From positions 1 to 52,971 of the forward strand of contig NZ_CALIBB010000123.1 in assembly GCF_938045595.1 (NCBI RefSeq): a stretch of DNA of 52,971 bases, given 5' to 3'. A program made the translations under genes and the position numbers. Every line of letters starts with the position of its first letter. Positions within the stretch are counted from its first letter, which is position 1. Origin of the DNA: an uncultured Campylobacter sp. (lineage in GTDB: Bacteria > Campylobacterota > Campylobacteria > Campylobacterales > Campylobacteraceae). Shown one piece after another: positions 29,499-38,712 of the stretch. The notes under the pieces were generated by a model. It was not told where the DNA came from, searched no databases, and saw only the letters and a list, made by a program, of their open reading frames with translations.

Positions 29499-31825
29499 CG
29501 CAGCCCAAGTCCCAGCTCGCTGCTAAGAGCGGCTAAAATTTTATCGGTAAAGCCCGCCACTTCCTCATCGCAGAGCGTTTTTTGAAGGTCTTGAAATACA
29601 AGTCTGATCGTCAGGCTCTTTGAATCGCCCAGGCTTTCGTCGCTATAAAGATCGCTCGGGATAAGCTCCTTTAGCGCCTCGATTTTAAGGGCGTCTATAC
29701 ACTGCTTAATCTGCTCGAAGCGCATTCCGCTCGGCACCAAAATGCTTAGATCGCGCGATACGCTAGGGAACTTCGAATAAGCGTCCGCTACGATATTTTC
29801 AAATTTAAGCTTGGAAAAATCGATCTCGCACAGATAGCTTTTATCCAGATCACGCCCTGCTTCTACGGCGTAATCCACGCGCCCGATAAAGCCCACTATC
29901 TGCCCGCCCTGCTCGATCTGCGCCTGCTCGAATTCGCTTAAAAATTTCAAATTTTTGCTCGGGAGTCTAACGTTAAATTTACCGATGACGCTTTGGATTA
30001 AATTTGCAAAATACAAAAAATCCACTGCAGCGGGTTTTGCGCCAGCCGCGATAGAGGGCTCGGCTTTTAGTCCGCTAGCGATGAAGCCCAGCCTTAGGCT
30101 CTGCGAGCCGTCCGCATCAAACACCTCTCCTAGCTCAAAAAGCTTAACGCTTCTGCGGGAATTCTTTAAATTTCGCTCAGCAGATTCCAGCAGATGATTA
30201 ATCAGCGTCGGTCTTAGCGCGTCCAGCTCGCCGTTGATCGGATTTAAAATTTTAACCTTGCACGGCTTAAAGCCTAAGCTTTGCAGCGCCTTGCCGTCGT
30301 CAAACACATAATGCACGCACTCGAAAAATCCCACTGCTGCCGCCTTGCTGCGAAGCTTGCGCCCATTACATAAGCTTACGTAGGTATCGTTTAGGCGGTT
30401 TTTCTCGTAGAAACTTAGCGGCGCAGCGGCGATATTATCGATGCCCACGATACGCACTATCTCCTCGCACACGTCGTGAGAATTTACGATATCGTGGCGG
30501 AAAGGCGGCACCTTGGCGGTGATTAGATCGGCTTCGAGCCCTATTTCAAAACCCAGCCTTTTTAAAATTTTTACGATCTTATCGCGCGGAATTTGCGCGC
30601 CGATCATTGAGTTTATCTCTTTTTCGCTAAAACCCACGATAAGCGGCTCCAAAGCATTTGAAATCTTTTGTGTGCCCGCATATAGGCTCACGGCTTTATT
30701 TTTAAGTAGCAATCTAAATAGCAGATCTAGCCCCAGCCTAAGCTTTGGCTCGCTACCTCTGCTTGAGCGATACACGTGCTCATCGCCCTTTAGGCTTTTG
30801 TTTTCGTTTACTGCTTTAGCAATGATCAGTGGAGCGGTGTAGTTTGCCTCTAATAGCACCACTTTGCTACTGCAACACGCCTTTAGCTCCGCGTCTTGGC
30901 AAATCCCTGCTACGCTAAGCAATCTCTTGCCCGCATAAACGCCGAACTCGCCGTTTGGCATAGGCTTTATGTCAAGCGCTACCTTGCCATCTGCGGAAGC
31001 GATCTTTTCAAAATCATAAGCTCGCAGCAACACTCCGGTAGAATGAGTAGCGTAGTTGATGAAATTTTGCACCGCGCAGCTTTGCAAAATACCAACGCTT
31101 GCAAGACGCAAGGTCTGCTTTAAATTTAACTTCAGCTCGCCTTTGATCTCGTAAGCTCGAAAAGCAAATTTAGCGCTTACCTCATCGCTTGCACGCACGC
31201 TTAAAATTCTACCGATACCAGGCGCTCCGTCGGCATCTTCAAACTCGTGCTTTTCCTTTAGCGGCAGATCAAGCGCTGCGCCTAGATCGCGCGCTATGCC
31301 TAAGATGCTAAGGCAGTCGCCGCGATTAGCGGTAAGTTCGATCTCGATAAGATCATCATTAAAAATTTCATACTCGCGCAGCTCCTTGCCGAGCACGAGC
31401 TCGCCGATGCTGCTATCAAGCACCATAATGCCGTCATTCGTCTTGGCAAGTCCAAGCTCGGTTGCCGAACAGATCATGCCAAAGCTCTCCACACCGCGAA
31501 GTTTGGCGGGCTTTATCTCAAGACCGCTCGGAAGCACGGCACCGATTAGGCTAACTGCGACGTATTGCCCTGCCTCGACGTTTTTCGCGCCGCAGACGAT
31601 CTGCAGGCTCTGCTTACCGACATCAACCTCGCAGACATTTAGATGATCGGAATTCTCGTGACGACGCTTGCTTTTTACGAGTCCTACGACGACGCCTTTA
31701 GGAAGTGAAATTTTATCGTGAGCGTCAACCTCAAGACCGATGGAATTTAGCGTAGAAAGCAGCCTTTCACTTGAAATTTCGCTTATGTCGATCCACTCTT
31801 GTAACCAATTTCTCGTTATTATCAT
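29495..31825 (-). CDS. pheT: Phenylalanine--tRNA ligase beta subunit
   Basis: [29 protein letters not shown] and [11 protein letters not shown] motifs. Confidence 0.97.
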   Translation of the reverse strand: MIITRNWLQEWIDISEISSERLLSTLNSIGLEVDAHDKISLPKGVVVGLVKSKRRHENSDHLNVCEVDVGKQSLQIVCGAKNVEAGQYVAVSLIGAVLPSGLEIKPAKLRGVESFGMICSATELGLAKTNDGIMVLDSSIGELVLGKELREYEIFNDDLIEIELTANRGDCLSILGIARDLGAALDLPLKEKHEFEDADGAPGIGRILSVRASDEVSAKFAFRAYEIKGELKLNLKQTLRLASVGILQSCAVQNFINYATHSTGVLLRAYDFEKIASADGKVALDIKPMPNGEFGVYAGKRLLSVAGICQDAELKACCSSKVVLLEANYTAPLIIAKAVNENKSLKGDEHVYRSSRGSEPKLRLGLDLLFRLLLKNKAVSLYAGTQKISNALEPLIVGFSEKEINSMIGAQIPRDKIVKILKRLGFEIGLEADLITAKVPPFRHDIVNSHDVCEEIVRIVGIDNIAAAPLSFYEKNRLNDTYVSLCNGRKLRSKAAAVGFFECVHYVFDDGKALQSLGFKPCKVKILNPINGELDALRPTLINHLLESAERNLKNSRRSVKLFELGEVFDADGSQSLRLGFIASGLKAEPSIAAGAKPAAVDFLYFANLIQSVIGKFNVRLPSKNLKFLSEFEQAQIEQGGQIVGFIGRVDYAVEAGRDLDKSYLCEIDFSKLKFENIVADAYSKFPSVSRDLSILVPSGMRFEQIKQCIDALKIEALKELIPSDLYSDESLGDSKSLTIRLVFQDLQKTLCDEEVAGFTDKILAALSSELGLGLR

Positions 31826-32817
31826 TTAAACTGCTCCAATAATCTAATATCGCCTTCAAATAGCGAGCGCAGATCGGGGATACCGTGCAGCAGCATCGCG
31901 AAACGCTCCACGCCGAGCCCGAATGCGTATCCGCTGACGTTTTTCCAGCCCACTGCTTTAAAGACGTTAGGATCGACCACGCCGCTGCCTAGCACCTCGA
32001 GCCAGCCCGTCTGTTTACAAACGCGGCATCCCTCGCCGTGGCAGAAAATACAGCTGATATCGACTTCGGTGCTCGGCTCCGTAAACGGAAAGAAGCTAGG
32101 GCGGAAGCGCACCTTTACGTCTCCAAACATATAGCGCAAAAATTCCTCTAAAACGTATTTTAAATTTGCAAAGCTCACGCGGTCTCCCTGCTCGACTACG
32201 AGACCCTCCACTTGATGAAACATCGGCGTGTGGGTTAGATCCATATCGCGGCGAAAGACCGCGCCCGGGGCGATCATACGCACCGGCGGAGCTTTAAATT
32301 TCTCCATCGTGCGGATCTGAACGCCGCTGGTGTGCGTGCGTAGCAGCCGCCCGTCATTTAGATAAAACGTATCTTGCATATCGCGCGCAGGGTGGTATTT
32401 GGGTAAATTTAGCGCTTCGAAATTATGAAAGTCGTCCTCGATGAGCGGGCCGCTTTCGACGCTGAAATTCTGCGCGATGAAGTAATCTATGATCTTATCC
32501 ATCGTCTCCATCACCGGATGCAGCGCGCCGCAGCTTACGTTTTCGTTAAAAAGCGTGACGTCGATTGCTTCATTTTTCATCGCCTTTTTTTGCTTCGCCT
32601 CTTCCAGGCTCGCCTTTTTTGCGGCGATGAGCTCGCTAAAATAATCGCGCTTTTCATTCGCGCTTACGGCAAGCTCTTTTTTCTGCTCGGGTGCTGCGGA
32701 TTTAAGCTCGGCAAAAAGCTGCGTTACGATGCCTTTTTTGCCGAAAAGCTCCAAGCGCACGGCTTCCAGCTCACCTAGGCTTGCCGCAGCGTCGATTTTT
32801 GCTTTAATCTCTTGCAA
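31822..32817 (-). CDS. pheS: Phenylalanine--tRNA ligase alpha subunit
   Basis: [25 protein letters not shown] and [10 protein letters not shown] motifs. Confidence 0.98.
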   Translation of the reverse strand: MQEIKAKIDAAASLGELEAVRLELFGKKGIVTQLFAELKSAAPEQKKELAVSANEKRDYFSELIAAKKASLEEAKQKKAMKNEAIDVTLFNENVSCGALHPVMETMDKIIDYFIAQNFSVESGPLIEDDFHNFEALNLPKYHPARDMQDTFYLNDGRLLRTHTSGVQIRTMEKFKAPPVRMIAPGAVFRRDMDLTHTPMFHQVEGLVVEQGDRVSFANLKYVLEEFLRYMFGDVKVRFRPSFFPFTEPSTEVDISCIFCHGEGCRVCKQTGWLEVLGSGVVDPNVFKAVGWKNVSGYAFGLGVERFAMLLHGIPDLRSLFEGDIRLLEQFK

Positions 32818-32946
32818 ATTCTATCCTTGTGGTTAAATTTAATGGCGCGATTGTAGTTAAAATTTGATAAAAGCTAGGTAAATTTGCGTGTTTGGATTTT
32901 TTGGCTATAATCGCGGCTAAATTTCAACCTCATAAAAGGATCTAAA

Positions 32947-33303
32947 ATGAACGTCTTTGAAAAGATCGTAAACGGCGAAATCCCGTGCAACAAAGTGTTA
33001 GAGAACGATGAATTTTTGGCCTTCCACGACATCAACCCAAAAGCGCCGATCCATATCCTGGCGATCCCTAAGAAATGCTACGAAAACTTCCAAGTAACGC
33101 CTCCTGAAGTGATGAGCAAAATGAGCGCTTTTATCCAAGAAGTAACTCGCAAAATGGGGCTTGATAAGAGCGGATACCGCCTCGTTTGCAACTGCGGCGA
33201 AAACGGCGGGCAGGAGGTGATGCATCTGCACTTTCATATCCTAGGCGGAATAAAACTACCATGGGACCGCGTAAGTGACCGCAATACCGAAGAGAATTTT
33301 TAA
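32947..33303 (+). CDS. hinT: HIT family nucleotide-binding protein
   Basis: AFHDINPKAPIHIL and GQEVMHLHFHILGG (histidine triad); TATAAT at 32906-32911. Confidence 0.93.
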   Translation: MNVFEKIVNGEIPCNKVLENDEFLAFHDINPKAPIHILAIPKKCYENFQVTPPEVMSKMSAFIQEVTRKMGLDKSGYRLVCNCGENGGQEVMHLHFHILGGIKLPWDRVSDRNTEENF

Positions 33304-33780
33304 GGCTCGAACCAAATTCTATTAAAATCAAAATTCCGTGAAATTGCAAAATTTTGCGGAATTCTTTGAAATTTTTAAAATTCCGTTTCATTTATAGGCA
33401 CCGAGGTTTTAAAAATAATCAAAATAGTAAAACTACAAGCTAAAATTTATCATCAGACGCTAAAAAGAAATATAAATTTATCACAGACGATCTCTTAGTA
33501 AATGCCATTCTTTAGCTGTAAAGCTTTAGCTCTTAGAATTTCAAATTTGAAATCGGCAAGAAATTTTAACGACGCGGCAAAATTTTAAATGAAACCGAGC
33601 TTTATAAAAAGAGTTATGCTTTTACATGGCGAATGAGTTAAATTTCAATTATATGAAATTTAAAACCTACATGAATTTTGCTTTGAATGAGCGATTCGGC
33701 TTTAGTTTTCAAGCAGAATTTAAAATTTTAGTGTGAAATCATAATCTTAGAATTTTAAAAATTTAAATAGTAGATTTAAG

Positions 33781-33804
33781 TTTTAGGGGCATGCGCCCCT
33801 AAAA
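33781..33804. terminator. Intrinsic terminator after dps (potentially bidirectional)
   Basis: TTTTAGGGGC-ATGC-GCCCCTAAAA perfect 10-bp stem. Confidence 0.75.
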
Positions 33805-33826
33805 ATTTTGAAAGGATTTGCGGGGA

Positions 33827-34270
33827 TTATTTGCTTAGCATTGAGCTTAGCATCCATAGGCGTTTTTCATAATCGCCATAGTGATCCTGCGCAATATTTG
33901 AAGTCGTATCGTCGCCCTCTTCTTCGGCTACTTCTTGAAGCTTTTTAAATTCTTTTACCAAATACTCGTAGGCTTTTTTAACATCCTCAAGTACCTCAGA
34001 TACGCTATAGCTATCTTTTACACTAATCGGAGCGTCTTTTGAAAGCTCAATTAGATCCTTAGCCTTAGTTACGGCCTTGCCACCTATTTGAAGCGCGCGC
34101 TCAGCCATATCGTCGAAAAGCTCGCCCATCTCGTCGTATGCTTTCTCGGTGTAAGCGTGAACCTGCGCGAATTGTAAGCCCTTAACATTCCAGTGATAAT
34201 CGTGGAATGCAACAAAGAACGCATGAGCGTCCGCCTGAAGTTTGTTTAGTTGTTTTACTGTTTTTGACAT
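33827..34270 (-). CDS. dps: Dps family DNA protection/ferritin-like protein
   Basis: HDYHWNVKGLQF..VH and FDDMAERALQIGG motifs; extended -10 TGCTATAAT on the minus strand at 34299-34307. Confidence 0.95.
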   Translation of the reverse strand: MSKTVKQLNKLQADAHAFFVAFHDYHWNVKGLQFAQVHAYTEKAYDEMGELFDDMAERALQIGGKAVTKAKDLIELSKDAPISVKDSYSVSEVLEDVKKAYEYLVKEFKKLQEVAEEEGDDTTSNIAQDHYGDYEKRLWMLSSMLSK

Positions 34271-34438
34271 TGTGTCTCCTTTATTTAAAATTGCTGTAAT
34301 TATAGCAAGATTTACTTAAATTATAATTATACTAAATAATAAATTTTATCTTTTAGTGAAATTTTGAAATTAAATGGCTTTTAAATTTATCTACAATTTT
34401 TTTGAAATTTCAGCTATGCTGCATTATAATGTCGCATT

Positions 34439-35356
34439 ATGAAAAACAAATTTATGATAACCATAACCGACCTTAACGGTTCTAGGAATTTTTTGCTCTC
34501 GCAAATCATCAAAAAGATCGCGTTATATTTAGTACTATTTGTTTTTACCGTTTTCGTCACGGGTGCGCTATATATCAGGTATCTGGGCTCTAAAATCGAT
34601 AGCCTTTCGCGAACCAAAACCGAGCTTAACGAGCTAAATCAAAAACTTCGCGACGGTATCGCGGCAAGTCAGATGGAATTTGAAGCCATCGAGGGTAAAA
34701 TTTCGGATTTAGAGCATCAGTTTGGGCTCGATCCTGAGGAGGATGAGCGCGCGATCGACCGCCTATCTCACATCAAGCCTACTTCCGAACAAGAGATCAA
34801 AGAGCGCGCGCAAAAGATCATCAACGAAAAATTCTCCGACGCACTGATCAAAGAAATTTTTATGCAGATCCCAAACGGCAGGGTCATGCGCACTCATCAG
34901 CTCAGCGAGAAATTCGGCTGGCGCAACCATCCCATCTTAAAGCGCAAGCAGTTTCACCCGGGCGTTGATCTACGTACGCCGCCTAAAACGCCTATCTACG
35001 CGCCTGCAGATGGTATCATCCAATACAGCGGCGCTGGCGCTACTGGCTATGGTAATCTAGTCGAGATCCGCCATAACTACGGCTTTACGACACGATATGC
35101 GCATTTGGATTCAAATTTAACTCGCAAAGTAGGAGAGTTTGTAAACAAAGGTGATCTCATCGCTTTTAGCGGCAACACCGGGCTTAGCACCGGACCTCAT
35201 CTGCACTACGAGATTAGATTTTTGCAGCTGCCGTTAGATCCGCTAAATTTCATCAACTGGAACGAAAAAAATTACAAAGAAATTTTTACTAAGGAGGAAG
35301 ATGTCCCATGGCAATCTTTAATAAAGGCGATGCAAACACCGCTCAAACAACAATAA
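34439..35356 (+). CDS. M23 family peptidoglycan endopeptidase (Csd1/Csd2-like)
   Basis: N-terminal TM and coiled coil; HPGVD (HxxxD), YAHL and GPHLHYE (HxH) motifs. Confidence 0.92.
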   Translation: MKNKFMITITDLNGSRNFLLSQIIKKIALYLVLFVFTVFVTGALYIRYLGSKIDSLSRTKTELNELNQKLRDGIAASQMEFEAIEGKISDLEHQFGLDPEEDERAIDRLSHIKPTSEQEIKERAQKIINEKFSDALIKEIFMQIPNGRVMRTHQLSEKFGWRNHPILKRKQFHPGVDLRTPPKTPIYAPADGIIQYSGAGATGYGNLVEIRHNYGFTTRYAHLDSNLTRKVGEFVNKGDLIAFSGNTGLSTGPHLHYEIRFLQLPLDPLNFINWNEKNYKEIFTKEEDVPWQSLIKAMQTPLKQQ

Positions 35357-35724
35357 TCTCGTCAGGCACGCTCATCAAAGGAGAGCTGCACCTGTCGTGC
35401 ATTTTGCATATCGATGGCAATGTCGAAGGCGACGTGATCTCCGATAACACCGTCGTCATCGGTAAAAATGGTACCGCGCGCGGCTCGATTAGGGCCAAGC
35501 ATATCGTAATCAGCGGCAAATTTTTCGGCAATATCGAAGCCGAGCTCGTCGAGCTGCTAGGCGGCGGCGTACTCGTGGGCGACGTGCTATCGCAAAGCTT
35601 CGGCATCGAAGTGGGCGCGAAATTTAATGGAAAAAGCGCGGTAAGTGGCAGCGATCAAGCCCTAGTCATCGACGGCAGCGCAAGTGAAGACGTCAAGCTC
35701 ATCGACAAAGCTCTAGGCGAATAA
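35308..35724 (+). CDS. Bactofilin (polymer-forming cytoskeletal protein, CcmA-like)
   Basis: TIISSGTLIKGEL, IDGNVEG and IEVGAKFNG beta-helix motifs; GGAGG RBS inside the M23 gene. Confidence 0.92.
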   Translation: MAIFNKGDANTAQTTIISSGTLIKGELHLSCILHIDGNVEGDVISDNTVVIGKNGTARGSIRAKHIVISGKFFGNIEAELVELLGGGVLVGDVLSQSFGIEVGAKFNGKSAVSGSDQALVIDGSASEDVKLIDKALGE

Positions 35725-36348
35725 ATCGCGCACATTTGGAATTCTTGGGATTTTAAAGGCTTTAGCTAACGGGGTTTTAGAATCTGATTGATATTAAAAT
35801 TTTAAAATTTCTAGCCTTTGGAATTCTTAGAATTTTAAAGATTTTTATATTTGCGAGATCTTAGAGTGAATCTTAGAATTTGGAATTTTAAAAAATTCCA
35901 AATTTTAAAATCCTCACAACCAAAATTATTGAAATTTTTAAGCTTTGAAATTTTCAAAATTTTAAAGCTTAAATATGCTTAAAATTTCAGAATTATGCAG
36001 ATCGTAAAACCCTAAATCCTAAAATTTTGCGCTTACACGGGATTTTGAAATTTTGCTTGTAAGCCGGATTTTAAAATTCGCGCCCGACTGAATTTAAAAT
36101 TTTAAAATTTCGCCGCAAAATAACGCATGGACGCAAAATTTTTGCTCGCACATACTTTAAAAGCTCGCGTAAGTTTTAAGTTTCGCAGAAGCTATGTAAG
36201 CAAGTATAAATTATCTACGCCGAGTGTTTTGACTCATTATAGCTCTTTGTGCCGCCAGCTCAAATATCCGCGAGGTGATAAATTCCGCGGACTGAGCTAA
36301 TTTAAGCCCATTATTAGATTAGTTATGTATAATGCGATTTCTTTTTGT

Positions 36349-36439
36349 GGACAGATGGGTGAGTGGCCGAAACCACACCCCTGCTAAGGGTGCAGCTTCT
36401 AACCGGGGCTCGAGGGTTCAAATCCCTCTCTGTCCGCCA
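36349..36439 (+). tRNA. tRNA-Ser (anticodon GCT)
   Basis: Acceptor stem GGACAGA/TCTGTCC, discriminator G plus CCA, anticodon arm CACCC-CTGCTAA-GGGTG, long variable arm, T loop GGTTCAAATCC; TATAAT at 36328-36333. Confidence 0.97.
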
Positions 36440-36490
36440 CTATTTTAAAATTTAAATCAATAAAATTTCACTTCCGTGATTCAATCGATT

Positions 36491-37120
36491 CTAGCCGCCT
36501 AGAATACTGCCTAAAAGCAGCGCTGGCATCATTAGCGGCATTACGATGAGTCCTTGTATATCGGTATCCATTTTCGCATCGCGCTCGCTTTTGATCCCGC
36601 TATCGACCGCTATACGCGAGGGGTATTCGATCGGTACGCTTAGGCGGTGCGATCTGCGCAGCTCGTCGTGATCTTTTAGGCGCTTAAAATATTTGCCTTC
36701 GATCAGATAAGAGTAGCGAAACGTAGAACTATACGCGGGCTCCAGCTGCTCTGGGTCGTCCATCAGTTTAGCCTGCACGGATAGCGGTAGATCGTATTTT
36801 ACGAGCTCGATTTCGTGCTGGATATATGCGGCATCACTGCCTTCATTGTATCTGTCGATCGTAAGCATGCTTACGTTGCGCCTTATCGCGTCTTTATTTA
36901 GCGACGCCAGACTCGCAACCTTGGCGCGCACGGCGCTAAGATTCGCATCAAATACGTAATCATAAATCTCGCCACTCATTCGCAGCTGACCGCCGGACGT
37001 CGCGCTCATCGCGACGATATGCTCACGCCCTTGCATGTAGCCCGGCAAATTCTTACTCGCACATCCGCTAAAAGCTCCACAGTATAGCGCCAAAAGCGTG
37101 CCATAAATCCAAAATTTCAT
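36491..37120 (-). CDS. Hypothetical lipoprotein with a C-terminal hydrophobic segment
   Basis: Lipobox FSGC after a hydrophobic leader; AAGGAAG RBS. Confidence 0.75.
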   Translation of the reverse strand: MKFWIYGTLLALYCGAFSGCASKNLPGYMQGREHIVAMSATSGGQLRMSGEIYDYVFDANLSAVRAKVASLASLNKDAIRRNVSMLTIDRYNEGSDAAYIQHEIELVKYDLPLSVQAKLMDDPEQLEPAYSSTFRYSYLIEGKYFKRLKDHDELRRSHRLSVPIEYPSRIAVDSGIKSERDAKMDTDIQGLIVMPLMMPALLLGSILGG

Positions 37121-37448
37121 AAACTTCCTTTGTAAAATTTAAAGACGGATTGTATTAAATTTTGCCTTAACGAGAGTGGAATTTTACGGCGCGGCAGAAT
37201 AGAATTCTGCGGCGGAATTCTATGGCGGCGACGCGTAGAATTTCGCGCGGACTTCCATAAAATTCCGATGAAATTTCGCAAGAATTAAAGCCAGAACGCG
37301 AGGAAAAGGCAAAATAGGCGCAATGGCGCTGCCAAGATTTTAAAATTTTAAAATCTCGAGGAAATTTCGCGAAAGGAAGCGAGCTATTTGCGCGTCAAAA
37401 TTTAACCGTCATCGCGAGCTTGCTTTTAAATTTTAAAATTTTACGATA

Positions 37449-37475
37449 GGCTTTAGAATCTAAAATTCCAAAGCC
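37449..37475 (-). terminator. Hairpin downstream of the dehydratase-like gene
   Basis: Minus-strand GGCUUUGGAAU/AUUCUAAAGCC 11-bp stem. Confidence 0.5.
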
Positions 37476-37494
37476 ATTTTTGATATGTGGCGGG

Positions 37495-38712
37495 CTACTT
37501 TCGATTTGCGTTAGCAAGCATCAGCTTTATGCGGTTTTCTTGATTTACCGCGCTTGCGCCCGGGTCGTAGTCGATAGCGGCGATGTTTGCTTGCGGGTAG
37601 TTCTGTTTGATCTTTCGGATCATTCCGCGCGCGATGATGTGGTTTGGCAGGCAGCCGAAGGGCTGCGCGCACACGACGTTTTGTATGTCGTGGCGCATAA
37701 ACTCGACCATCTCCGCCGTCAGCAGCCAGCCCTCGCCCATCTTCACGCCGTGACCGATGTAGCCGTCGGCGGCGGCGCGAACCTCGCTAAATGGGCTCGG
37801 TGCGCGAAATCCGAAGCGCTTCATCTGCTTAATCATCATGCGCTGGAAAAATTCCACTACCTTAGCGACCGCAAGCGAGCCATAATACGCCGCGCCGCCC
37901 TTGCCGTAGAGCTGCTTGTCGTAGACCGCATCGTAGATGCAGGTAAGCACGAAGTCCATCAGCCCCGTATTTACGGGCTCGGCGTTTTCGCGGATGAGGT
38001 AGGCGTTTAGGCCGTTGTTGCCGATGGGCGAGTATTTGAGATAAATTTCGCCCACGATACCCACCTTCACTCGCGGCTTATCGTCGCGCTCGATTTTAGC
38101 GAACTGCGAGAGGATAAATTTAAAATTTTTCTTAAGATTGAAAAACGATCTTTGATCGGTCAAATTTTTGATTCGCTCGGCGCAGAGTTCGTAAATTTCA
38201 TTCGTTTGGTTTTTGATCTTTTCGTAGGGCTTACACTGATTATACAGCCCCATCATCAAATCGCCGTAAAATATCGCGGCAAAGAGCTTTAGAAGCGATT
38301 TTTTGCCGAGGCTAAATTCATTCTCATCTAGCGAGCCGAAATTTAACGAGATCGCGGGGACGTAGCTAAAGCCGCTGTCCTCAAGCGCTTTGCGAAGCAA
38401 ATTTATGTAGTTGCTCGCTCTGCAGCCGCCGCCCGTTTGGCTGATGAGAAGCGCTACTTTGTGCGTATCGAACTCGCCGCTTTTTAGCGCGTCGATAAAC
38501 TGCCCGATGACGAGCAGCGCGGGATAGCACATGTCGTTATGCACGCTGCGAAGCCCCTCCTCGACGATATTTTGACGATTTTCGCCGAGCAAGACGCTCT
38601 TGTAGCCCTCGTCGCGCAGCACGCCTTGCATAAAGCGAAAATGCGGATCGATCATCGTGGGGATCAATATCGTGTGGGTCGCTTTCATATCCTTCGTAAA
38701 TTTAGCAAACAT
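37495..38712 (-). CDS. 2-hydroxyacyl-CoA dehydratase-like Fe-S subunit
   Basis: HNDMCYPA, QTGGGCRASNY, VGIVGEIY, GEGWLL and QPFGCLPNHI motifs. Confidence 0.85.
   Translation of the reverse strand: MFAKFTKDMKATHTILIPTMIDPHFRFMQGVLRDEGYKSVLLGENRQNIVEEGLRSVHNDMCYPALLVIGQFIDALKSGEFDTHKVALLISQTGGGCRASNYINLLRKALEDSGFSYVPAISLNFGSLDENEFSLGKKSLLKLFAAIFYGDLMMGLYNQCKPYEKIKNQTNEIYELCAERIKNLTDQRSFFNLKKNFKFILSQFAKIERDDKPRVKVGIVGEIYLKYSPIGNNGLNAYLIRENAEPVNTGLMDFVLTCIYDAVYDKQLYGKGGAAYYGSLAVAKVVEFFQRMMIKQMKRFGFRAPSPFSEVRAAADGYIGHGVKMGEGWLLTAEMVEFMRHDIQNVVCAQPFGCLPNHIIARGMIRKIKQNYPQANIAAIDYDPGASAVNQENRIKLMLANANRK

Noticed and set aside
36349..36439. tRNA-Sec, suggested by the 91-nt length and long variable arm
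   Set aside because: The anticodon is GCT with a standard 7-bp acceptor stem, so it is tRNA-Ser.
37480..38010. 176-aa + strand ORF and the other long antisense ORFs in the track
   Set aside because: They overlap well-supported genes on the opposite strand and are explained by codon bias.
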